NCBI RefSeq assembly: GCF_009834535.1
Contig: NC_045696.1
Location: 66,032,001 to 66,096,000, forward strand
Length of the DNA: 64,000 bases
DNA from: Camelus ferus
Lineage: Eukaryota
Reading direction: 5' to 3'
The position numbers and the translations under genes were made by a program. This document shows, one piece after another, positions 13,701 through 24,800 of this stretch. The notes under the pieces were generated by a model. The model was not told where the DNA came from and did no database searches. It saw only the letters and a program-made list of their open reading frames with translations. Each line of letters opens with the position of its first letter. Positions within the stretch are counted from its first letter, which is position 1.

Positions 13701-15119
13701 ACTTCATTGTCTACACTGCAGCTACATTTTTCAATTATAAACAAAACTATAAAGTCATTCCCTTTTTAAAATGTGTATGTCATCATCTTTGCTTACAGTA
13801 AAAAAATCATATAAGGCATTTCAAAATTTGTCTCATGAATAAAAGAATATTAGTTAATGACTAACATTTATTGTTTCAGATTACTTCTGTAGAGGCAGCT
13901 GCTCTTCATGCTTTAAAAATGTTTGTTATGCATATCAAGAATGTCCTGAGAAATGTTTTTCAAACTTTATTTTTTTTGTTGTGATACGTTTTGTCGTTAC
14001 AATGAACACCTGTAATGTCTGACATTTTTCTAGGAGTATCCACACGCAAAAGAATTGCAATTCAATTTTGGAGTTAATTTTCATTTAGGGCATGCAAGGA
14101 GGTCCACAGCAATGTGAAAAACAAGGTTGGTGAAGAGCTACTAGGTGGTCTTATGTTTCAGGCATCCACCACCAGGTGGAGCTAGATAAAACTGTTTCAA
14201 GGTGTTTTTCAGCACAACTTGTGTCAGAAAGAAATAGGGTAACACATATGATGTGATCTTCCTGTTCTGAATTCTTCATTTTGGCTGTTTTTTGATAATT
14301 CTAGTAGATTCATCTCAGTGAAGGTGGAAGCCTGCCAGATTTTGGAGATTACTCAATTTCCCCCAAATTCTCCTACAACTCTGAAATACTACAATTTGTC
14401 ACACACAAATATACTGTGTATGTCAGAAATTAAGCTAAGACTTTCTTCCTTGTTATGATAAAACAAATAAACAAAAAAACCCCAAAAAGCATTGCCTAAG
14501 AGAAGTAATTTTTTGGTCAAAGATTTTAGTCTGAATTTTCTTTGCCAGAGAGCTAGGGCCAGCCCTGCCTTTAACTGGCTATGTAAGGCAGTGGTTGAGA
14601 TGGGTCCCCAAGGAAAAAGTTAGCGGGGTTTTCTAGCCCAGTCTGGTATCCAGGACCAGAGGAAGAGTCTAAGCCCAAGTCCTGGGAGAAATCTGGGGCT
14701 TAAGGTTCTTTATTCCTCCTGTAATTCCCACTTAAGAAAGCTGAAACAGCCTTTTGTGGAGGGTTTCAGTAGGGGACACTGGAGAACCAGTGGACTAGGT
14801 TGGACACCACATGAAGAGGATCCAGGGGACTGGGAAATTTGGCATGTGTACCACACGCTATAAGCCTGACCAGCTAAAAGATACAAGGTCAGACAGACAT
14901 TGGTCTCAGACTCGTGAATACCAAAAATTGAAGCGATCTTAGAAATCATATAATGCAGTCATTTCAAAATAGATTCTGAGGTTATGACTTCAAAGAGTTT
15001 ATTCGAAAAGGTGAGGATAGTGGAGAGAGGGCTGAGTGACTCGGGCTCTGGTAACTTTCTCTAATTCAACCAAGGTGAATTTTCTTTGTTTTATTTACTG
15101 TGTTTTCAGGAAAGATTTC

Positions 15120-17598
15120 CCTGAGCTTTTAGTGTCACATCAAAAATATATATATATCATTGCCAAGATCAGTATCAGGGAGCTTTTTCCCTATAGTTTT
15201 GTAGTTTCTGGGTGTTATATTTAAGTGTTTAACCCATTTTGAGTCAAGTTCATGTGTGGTGGAAGATAAGGATCCAATTTCATTCTTTAAAATGTGGATA
15301 TCCAGTTTTCACAAAACCATTTATTAAAGAGACTGCCCTATTCCTACTGTGTATTATTGGCTCCCTTGTCAAATAATAGTTGATCACATATGCATAGATT
15401 TAATTTTAGGCTCTCTATTCTGTTCCACTGGTTGGTTTGTTTTTTATGTAAGTCCCACACTATTTTGATTACTATAGTTTTATATATAATTTGAAATCAG
15501 AAAGGGTGATGTCTCCAGATTCATTCTTCTTGCTGAAGATTGCTTTCCTATGGGAACTCTTTTGTGGTTCCATATTATTTTTTTATTTGTTTCTGTAAAA
15601 GATAGCTTTGAAGTTCTGATAGGAATTGCATTCAATCTTTAAATTATTTTGGGTAGTTATAGACATTTCAACAATATTAACTCTTCTAATGTATGCATAT
15701 GTAATATCTATGCACTTACTTGTTTTGTCTTGTATTTCTTTCATTGATAGTCTTTCTTATAGATTTCAGTGTACAGATCTTTTATTTCCTTGGTTAAATT
15801 TATTCCTAGTATTTTCCTCTTTCTGATGCTATTGTAAATGGGATTTTTAGAATTTCCTTTTTGGATAGTTTATATATAACATTTTTATGTTGAGTACATT
15901 CCTTCTACACTTAATTTGTTGAGAGTTTTTAATCAAAAAAATGATACTGAATTTTGTCAAATGCTTTTTTCTCTCTCTATTGAGATGATAATATGAATTT
16001 CATCCTTTGTTTTAATGTACTGTGTCACATTTATTGATTTGCAGATGTTGAACCATCCTTGCATCCCAGAGATAAGTCCCAATTAGTCATGGTTAATGTG
16101 CTATTGAATTCAGTTTGCTAGAATTTTGTTGAGGATTTTTGTTTCCATGTTCATCAGGAGTATTGGCCTGTAATTTTGTTTTCTTGTAATATCCTTGTCT
16201 GGCTTTTGTATAAGGTAATGCATGCCTCATAAATGTGTTTGTAAGTGTTCTGTCCTCTTCTATTTTTTCTTCTGGAAGGGCTTGAGAAAGGATTGATATT
16301 AATTCTTCTGTAAGTTTAATTCTTCATTCTACCAATGAAAACATCTGGTCCTGGTCTTTTCTCTGTTAGGAGATCTTCTGATTACTGATTCAATCTTTTT
16401 GTTTGTTATTGGTCTGTTTATACTTTTTTTTTTTTTTATGATTCAGGCTCAGTGGGTATATGTTTCTGGGAATTTATCCATTACATCTATGTTATCTAAT
16501 TTGTTGATGTATAACTGTTCATAGTAGTCTCTTATGACCCTTTGTATTCCTGTGATATCAGTTGTAATGTCTCATCTTTCATTTCTTATTTAATTTCATC
16601 ATTCTCTCATTTCCTCTTGGTTAGTCTACCTAATGGTTTGTCAATTTTGTTTATCTTTTTAAAAACCAACTCTTAGTTCCATTAATCTTTTCTATTGTTA
16701 TTTTAATTTATATCTCATTTCTTTTGGATCTGACCTTTGTTATTTCCTTCCTTTTGCTGACTTTAGCTTTATGTTTTTCCTATTTTTCTAGTTCCTTGAT
16801 GTGTAAAGTTAGGTTGTTTATTTGAAATTTTTCTTTTTTTCTTTGTTTACAGCTATAAAATTCCCTCTTAGAACTACTTTTGCTGCACATCATAAGTTTT
16901 GGTGCATTGTGTTTCCATTTACGTTTGTTTCAAGACAGTTTCTGATTTCTATGCTGATTTTTTCTTTCACAAAATGGTTGTTCAGGAATGCATTGGGCAT
17001 TTCCACATATTTGTGAACTTTCCTGGTTTCCTTCTGTTACTAATTTCTAGTTTCATACCATTGTGGTTGTAAAAGATACTTGATATGATTTCAGCATTCT
17101 TAAATTTTAAAAGACTTGTTTCATAGTCCAACACATGATCTATCCTGGAGAATGTTCCATGAACACTTGAGAAAAATGTATATTCTGCTATTGTTGGAAG
17201 GAATGTCCTGTATATGGCCGTTAGCTAGTTCAAGTCCAGTGTTTTTTAAATTGATTTTCTGTATGGATAGGTACATTCATTGTTGAAATTGTGTTATTAA
17301 ACTCTCCTACTATTATTGTACTGCTATCTATTTCTACCTTCAGTTCTTTTAATATTTGCTTTATATATTATGTGCTTCAATGTTGGGTGCATTTATATTT
17401 ACAATTGTTGTATCATTCTGTTAAATTGACTTTTATCATTTTATAATGACTTTCTTTGTCTGTTGTGACAATTTTTAACTTAAAGTTCATTTTGTCTCAT
17501 ATAAGTATATCCATTTCTGCTCTTTTTTGGTTATTGTTTCCATGGAATACCTTTTTCTATCTCTTTACTTTCAGCCTATGTGTATTAAAGCAGAAGTG
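15120..17598 (-). mobile_element. Degenerate L1 ORF2 segment (endonuclease to RT region, with internal deletions)
   Basis: T-rich antisense L1 sequence. The reverse complement near 17450-17598 gives the decayed endonuclease start (HRLKVK..KK.FH...NQK.A...IL..DK..FK). Also ttgaaccatccttgcatcccagagataagtcc and gatatccagttttcacaaaaccatttatt. Confidence 0.92.
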
Positions 17599-18810
17599 AG
17601 TCAAATAATCACAATAATTGATGATAGAGTAAGGAGTGGTGATTTTAGCAAGATGGTGGAGTAAGCGATACCAACCTTCACCCCTTCACACACACAAAGA
17701 CAATTAGATAGTTATTCACATGAAAAAAACCTTGGGAAGTTTCAAGAGTTCAATTAAGAATGTTCAGCAACACAGCAGCACATAAAACAGAACAGTCACA
17801 TAGAAAGGATCACTGGCGAAATCACAATAGCTAAGGTATCTGAGATGGTTACAAACAAAGAAGAGTGGAAGCTTTCAGTATCAGCCATACAGAGGGTGTC
17901 ACTGTGGTCCTCTCCTCTATAGAGGACCCCAGCAGACTTTGCCATAGAGGACCTCAACAGTCCCTCTGATAGCCACGGACTCCCTGCAGCTTTCACAGTG
18001 GAGAATCCAGTAGTGTTTTTCAGCACTGACCCAAGTAACCTGTCCCACAGAGGACTACTGACAGCTTTCACCACTGAAGTAACCAACAGCTATCAGTGCT
18101 GACCCCCTGAGAAAGGGGCAATACCGCAGTCCCTCCCAGGATGGAGCCATTGTTTCCCACCATGGGACTGAGCTGCTCTCAACCCCAAAACCAACACATC
18201 CTGAACTCCAGAGCTGTGGCCTCTCCATGCACACTTGCTCTCCAGATCGTGGCTGCAGAAACACGCTCACTCTCACACACCTGTGCTCCAGACCTTGACT
18301 TCAGAGTTGCTCCACAAAGTACCCACGCCCAGGACACTGGAGGCACCACCACAGTGGTAGTTTCCATATACCAGTCCCTGGCGCACTGGTAGCTCCACCA
18401 ATGCCCACTCTCCAGGCCCCGGGTCCACAGGTGCCTGCATCAAGGGACTGGCTCCATTGCTGTAGGAGTGCCTGTGCCCTAGCCCCCTAGATCTGCTGTA
18501 GCTCTGTGCACACTCTCACTGCAGACCCCAGCGTCAGGTGGCCACTCCACAAGGGCCTGCGCCTCTCGCATCGTTATCAATGCTAAGGTGGGGCACTTCA
18601 CCTTTCTGTGTGATTATTCTGTTTTTAGCACTACTGTATTGCTGAACGTTCTTATTTCAACTTTTGAAACTTCCCAAGGTTTTTTTTCATGTGAATAACT
18701 ATCTAATTGTTTTTGTGTGTGTGAAGGGATGAAGGTTGGTATCACTTACTCCACCATCTTGCTAAAATCACCATTCCTACTCTATCATCAATTATTGTGA
18801 TTATTAGACT
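17599..18810. repeat. Long inverted repeat: arms 17599-17808 and 18601-18810, spacer ~790 bp
   Basis: Manual alignment of the left arm to the reverse complement of the right arm gives about 18 substitutions and 2 single-base indels in 210 bp (~90% identity). Confidence 0.95.
17632..18600 (+). mobile_element. L1 5'UTR-like segment, inverted relative to the adjacent L1 body
   Basis: Begins with an L1 5'-end-like caagatggtggagtaag and continues as GC-rich degenerate internal repeats (gaggacccc...cagctttcac; gctccagacc). Confidence 0.6.
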
Positions 18811-19554
18811 TGTTTTATTATCCTTACTAGCTTATTTGTTCATTGTTATTTGTGTATTTTCTGCTTATTCTTGGCACAGTTCTTGGCTCACGGTAGACCT
18901 CGTGAGTATTTATAGAATATGAAATATTCAGTGCCTGGCATATAGTCATCACTCAAAACTGCTCATATATAATTGGTTTGGATGAAGCATTATAATGTAC
19001 AGCAAAGCATGTCCTTCAGCCTTCAGCAGTAAGAGTCATTTCTTTTAATCTCCTAAAACTGGCTTAGCTAATATACCTAATCCAAATGTTCACTTGCATA
19101 TAGAAATCGGGAGTCTATTCCTGGAACAAACTAAATTCATAGGTTCCATGAGGGTAATAGCTTTGCCTAGAGCACCTCACTGACATTTATTCACAGAAGG
19201 AAACCACCCTAGCATTAGAATGAGCTGAGCAAGCTGTAGGTGTTGCAAACTAGGGCTCCAGTTGGGAAACCCACACAGCACATACCAACAGCAACAACAA
19301 CAAAAAACCCACAGCTAGTCTTAAGCTAAACTGCACAGATGCGTGTGGGGAATTCCTTAAATAGCAGGGGTGGGTTGTAAGTTTAGACTGTGATATCTCA
19401 ACTGTGTGCTATGGGGGTGTGGCTATAGAAAGAAAACTGAAGCATAAATGCAGGACATTTTAGGTTGGAATATAATAGTAGGAAGAACTGGATACCCAAC
19501 ATTTAGAGACTATCCTACTTCCCTTGACATAACATTTAGACAGACAGACAGATG

Positions 19555-19598
19555 AGTGTGCACACGCGCACAAACACACACACACACACACACACACT
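19555..19598 (+). repeat. Imperfect (CA)n microsatellite
   Basis: Direct reading. Confidence 0.9.
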
Positions 19599-19769
19599 CT
19601 ACCTAAATTATGTTAAGCTCCCTCCCTTGTGGTGAAAAACAAGCTGGGTTTATTTGGATTTCCAATGCAAAAGAAAAGGCAAGAAACCACAGAAGCACAT
19701 ATAACTAGAAGTTAAAACAATGTACTCTTTTTTTCTTTTGGAGGAAAATTTGATATAGAGCACTCTATT

Positions 19770-20400
19770 GGGAATCAAGATATGTATGGAGATGGGAACC
19801 AAGGGAAGGAAATAAGATCCTCACTTCTCACCATTCCTCCCTTTATCCCAGTTGCACAGTTGGTCCTGCATGTCCCTGCACTCTTAGGCATTACCAAATT
19901 AGAGTTCCTGGTTCCCAGAAAAGTAAACACTTTTACCAGGGGCCACAGCAAGATTTCTCATGAATTTGAAAATGAACTTACCACTGTTTTATTCTGGCTT
20001 CTCATGCCAGTAGATCAGTAGGCAAAGTAAGGAACTGATGTAATAAGAGAGCAATCCGCCCATATTCTCAGAAGTGATGATTTCTGCTACCTAATCTAGC
20101 CAAGGAGGGGTGTGTTTGGAACTGCCATGTTGCTTTTGTACTCACTAATAATAGTTTAGGTTAGATAATAGCAACAACCACAGCCTAGGAAAGCAACTGT
20201 GGGATTAGACCTCACGGGGTGAGCAGCTCAGACCAGCCAGCACAACATGCTGGCTGAGGATGAGGAAAACTACAATGAGTCATTGGAGAGAAGGGAAATG
20301 ATGAAAAACATCAATCACAGCCTCACTACTGAAGCAAGGACTAGAGTATACTTCAATAACTAACTTGCCTTAAACCTTAACATCTAAGAGGCATTATGTG
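19770..20400 (+). mobile_element. ERVL internal remnant (integrase C-terminus/dUTPase region), decayed
   Basis: ORF 19782-20021 contains GNQG.E....LTI.P..P.A..VL.VP..L....LEFLVP and FWLLMPVDQ*AK. This resembles the recalled ERVL sequence RNQGVE...PLTITPSDPLA.FLLPVP.TL...GLEVLVP...HFGLLMPL.QQAKKG. Confidence 0.7.
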
Positions 20401-20424
20401 GTCAACATCTACAATGATGCTTAG

Positions 20425-21095
20425 TGACAGACTGGAAAAACGTGAAAGCATCTTGTTCTAACAAACATGGAGACTCCATATTGGGGAATGGCAGCCAGAT
20501 ATGTTACTTGAGAGACCTGAGTGTTGTGCAAGGTGGTCTCCGTCGGATTTCACTCATGGACCATTTCAGAACCTCTCAGCCTCACCACCTTCTTGCTATG
20601 GTCATAGGTGTGTAGCTTTACAACTTCACATATGTGAAATTTAACAGTATGTTGTCTCATAACCACACTGTACACTTGCTGCCTCCACCTTGGAGCTTTT
20701 CTATCATGCTGGAAATTAGAAGCTGTGGGACTCCATTTAGGCTCACAAATGTGCACACCAGTGGTCTGGGAAATTTGACAACTTATGGAGGAAATAGTTT
20801 CCCAAGGGAAAAAGAGAGTTGGAGTATAAATTATTTCCTTTTTCTCCATGAAGAGGCTGTTTTGATATGTGGTTTATATGGCTTCTCAGAGGACAGTCCC
20901 TTGGGATTAACCAAGCAGTCACACTTAGTGGTGGACCAATCAGTAATCTCTCCTTACATCAGCTCTCCCTGTTTGCTGCCTAGTCGCCCCTTGTCCCTCA
21001 TTCTTACTGCATAGGAGTCCTCTCCCTAATAAAGCAATAGCATACATCCTTGTTTTATATCTATCTCAGGTTCCTGGGGAATCCAGGCTAAGACA
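20425..21095 (+). mobile_element. ERVL-class 3' LTR adjoining the internal remnant (5' edge uncertain)
   Basis: AATAAA at 21028-21033 and the typical terminus tctcagg...ctggggaatccaggctaagaca ending in CA at 21095. Confidence 0.7.
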
Positions 21096-21580
21096 TCTGG
21101 AGAGCGCTGTTAGTCAATTTCCTCAAAGAGTAGTTGGAAGATATCCCCATCTCACCTGGAGACAGAGAACTTTGGAGCCTTTCAAAAGTCTGTCCTTATT
21201 TTAAAGATTTTCACTTTTGGTAATCTGAAGACCATGCCCGTATTAACCAATGAAAAGCTTTTTCTTCCAATCATTTTAGGGAAATCTGCACTGAAATTTT
21301 ATCTGATACAGCACCCAAAACAAGTTCCTAACATGGCCCTGACACTTATTTTAGTTCTAAGGCTGTTCTTTGCCCTTATGTGAAAGAGAAAATAAGAGAG
21401 AGGAGCAGAGGCAGATTCAGAAAAAGGATAAAAATGAGAAAGAGGCCATTTCATTGAATAGTCCAAAGAAACCGTACAGGTAGAAGCAGTATAGGAAACA
21501 GAGTCATCCCTTCCAGTCTACGTTGTGTGGTTAGGGGGATAAGTGAACTAACTCAGGCAAGTCTCAGACTAGACCGCTAC

Positions 21581-21630
<50 letters not shown>
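21581..21630 (+). repeat. (CAT)16 trinucleotide microsatellite
   Basis: Direct reading; perfect repeat. Confidence 0.97.
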
Positions 21631-21789
21631 CCACAACAATAAAGCCTCATTAGGTTAATGTAAGTAACAAAAGAGATTTGGTGAGAGGAAGGGCTTTATG
21701 AAATGTAAATCTCTGTGCAGATTACAGTCACTTCTGTTATAACTATTTTCAGCCTAGAGATTCTTAGTCTCTCTCTGTGGACTCTCCAG

Positions 21790-22050
21790 GGAGGCAGTAT
21801 GAGATTATGGGGGAAATGTGAATTTTGAAAAGACTTCTGGCTTGTCCTGTCTCCATTACTTCCTGCTTGGTCTACATACATGTCCCTGCATTGACCAGAG
21901 CCTCAGAGTCTTCATGAGTAGAATGAGAAGAATAATAAAGAATACAGTGCATACTCCCTACAGAGATGTTGTGAAAATCAGTAAGATAATGTTTGTGAAA
22001 GCACTTTATTAACTATCAAGAGCAAGATAAACATTAGTTACTATTAATAT
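21790..22050 (+). mobile_element. MIR SINE
   Basis: agagcctcagagtcttcat...agaatgagaagaataata...cagagatgttgtgaaaatcagtaagataatg...gtgaaagcactt. Confidence 0.7.
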
Positions 22051-22459
22051 TCTCCTCTATCATCCTATTAAGGCATTTTCCTGGCTGAAGAGGTGATTAT
22101 TCGACATTATACTTGGCTAAGCAAATTGCAAATATCTAATTGCCTCCTTGAGCTATCAATACTAAGCTGAAGTAGAAAGTTCAACCTCTTTAGGTTATCA
22201 CACTAAAAAAATCTCTCTACCTTATCACGATGGGAACTTAGATCACCAAACCTTGTGGACATCTCTAGCTCATTGAGAACACACATACACAGATAATTAT
22301 GCACTATTTCTTCAAATGCTGAATTATTTAATAATAACTTTTTTAAAAACCTTTAGTCTGGAGATGGAGTACAGCTGAGTTTGAGCTGAGGAAAATGTAA
22401 AATTAACGTTTGAGCAATTAATTTTAGTTTCTCTGTATTTCAGAAATAAAAGCTCAATA

Positions 22460-23606
22460 CCATTGACATTAGCACTAAAAAAGTGAAGTACTTAAGATAT
22501 AAATATAACACAATATATACCAGGTCTATGTAAGAAAAACCACAAAACTCTTGACAAATAAAATGAAAAACAACTAAATAAATGGAGTGATATTTCAAGT
22601 ACATAAATAGGATGATTCTACATTATGCTGCATTTCTTTACAATTAGATTTATAGATTCAATGCAATCCCAATAAAAATATAAGCAAGGTACAATGAGGT
22701 ATTAACTCACACTGGTTAGAATGGCCATCATTAAAAAGTCCACAAATGATAAATGCTGGAGAGGGTGTGGAGAAAAAGAAACCCTCCTACACCGCTGGTG
22801 GGAATGTACTTTGGCACAGCCATCATGGAATACAGTATAGAGAGTCCTTAAAACACTAAAAATAGACTTGGCCAATAGACTTGGCAACTCCTGGGCATAT
22901 ATCTGAAGAAAACTCTAATTCTAAAAGATACACGCACCCCAATGTTCATAGCAGCACTGTTTATAATAGCCAAGACATGAAAGCAACCTAAATGTCCATT
23001 GGCAGATGACTGGATGAAGAAGATGTGGTAAATATATACAATGTAATATTACTCAGAATAAAAAAGAATGAAATAATGCCATTTGCAGCAACATTGATGG
23101 ACCTAGAGATTATCATACTAAGAGAAGTAAGTCAGACACAGAAAGACAAATATCATATGATATCACTTATATGTGGGATATAAAAATATAATACAAATGA
23201 AATTATTTTCAAAAAATAAACAGGCTCACAGACATAGAAAATGAAGTTATGATTACCAAAGTTTAAAGGCAGAAGGAGGGATAAATTAAGAGTTTGGGAT
23301 TAACAGATACATACTACTATATATAAAATAAACAACAAGGTTCTACTGTATAGCACAGGAAACTATATTTGATATCTTATAATAACCTATAATGGAAAAG
23401 AATGCATATATATATTCAGATACATGTATATCTGAATCTTTGCTGTACACCAGAAACTAATGCAACATTGTAAATCAACTATACTTCCATTTAAAATAAT
23501 TAAAAACTAAAAAAAATACAAGCAAATTATTTTTAGATTTTTTGACAAACTTACTCTGAAGTTTACATGGAGAGTCAAAAGACTCAGAATAGCCAACACA
23601 ATATTA
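22460..23606 (+). mobile_element. Old L1 ORF2 fragment split by a younger L1 insertion
   Basis: tatagattcaatgcaatcccaataaaaat resumes after the insertion as gcaaattatttt...gacaaacttactctgaagtttacatgg...cagaatagccaacacaatatt. Confidence 0.8.
22688..23511 (+). mobile_element. 5'-truncated younger L1 (ORF2 end plus 3'UTR) with target-site duplication
   Basis: aatgctggagagggtgtggagaaaa...gccatttgcagcaaca...gctgtacaccagaaactaa and an A tail. TSD aaaaata(t/c)aagcaa at 22674-22687 and 23512-23525. Confidence 0.92.
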
Positions 23607-23689
23607 ATCTTCCTGATTCTTTCCTTATTTGTGTAACATGTAAAAGGTAGATTAATGACCTAGTTTGAAGTATTCTTTTATATCTTCCA

Positions 23690-24800
23690 ACTCCAAACTT
23701 TCTTTTTAAGTAATCTCATTTTATCCATGGATTCAGTTACCACCAAATAAAATGATTCTTAGTACATTAGCCCAGAGATTTTGTCTGTAGTCTAGAATCT
23801 AAAAATTAGGTGCCAACTTGACATTTCTACTTGAATATATGGAGGCTACCCCAAACTCAACATGCCTAACACTAAACTAATGATTCTTCCAACCAAATCA
23901 AAATAAAACTACAATGACTCAAAGAAAACCAAAAATCCCCCAAGTCTCAGATCTCTGCTTTATCAGTGTTTAACAGTGTGCCTTATCTTAATGAAAGTCA
24001 GCATCACTCATCGTGCAAGATAAATAGGATTTATCCTTTCATTCATTAATTAGACTTCTTGTGTAACAGACACAATCCTATATGTTTAGAATAACGTCAT
24101 TAAACGAAATAGACACAAGTCCTTGCCTCCTTGAGGAGAAGAAATTTTATCTTCTCTACACTTGTAACTATCAAGCTGTAATTTTGGGGGGCACCTGACA
24201 GTCCATTAAATCTGTGCACTCGGTTTCAACGTGAGCATGAGCTAGTCTAACTACCATCAATTTTCATTCGTACGATTACTAAAATAGCCTCCTGACTGGT
24301 CTCTCTTCTCTACTTTTGCTCCTTTCCATATCTACTCTTCTTTCTATAATCAGAATGATCTTTACAAAATAGTAATCTCATTGTGTCCTTGTTCAAAAGT
24401 TCTTTCATGGTTCTGCATTACTCTCAAGCTGAAGACTAAAATATATAGCAGTCTATAAGGTTCTGCAAAATCTGGCCACTGTTTGTGTCTCCAGCCTAAG
24501 TTTTTTTATTTTGCTTTTCTTTACTCTTTCTGCTCTTACTACACTGACTTTTCTTCATATGTCCCCAAGAACACAAAAAACCCTCCCACCAAAGCTTCTG
24601 CCTGTTTTTCCTCCTGATGGGAATGCAGGTCAACTCCATTCTTACTCGTCTTCCGTAAGTTGACTTATGATAATTTTTAATTGAAGTTAATTGTTGCACA
24701 GTTAGGGAAGTGGTCTCAGAGTCCCTACACTAGTGATAGTTAATTTCATAGAGCTACGCACTTCCTCTTATGAGTACTTGAAACAACTGTAATCACATAA
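23690..24800 (+). mobile_element. L2 LINE fragments
   Basis: ttgacatttctacttgaatat...aaactcaacatgcctaacactaaac, and atagcctcctgactggtctc...cagaatgatctttacaaa. Confidence 0.65.

Noticed and set aside
20634..21014. 126-aa ORF
   Set aside because: Falls within an ERVL LTR and shows no protein motif.
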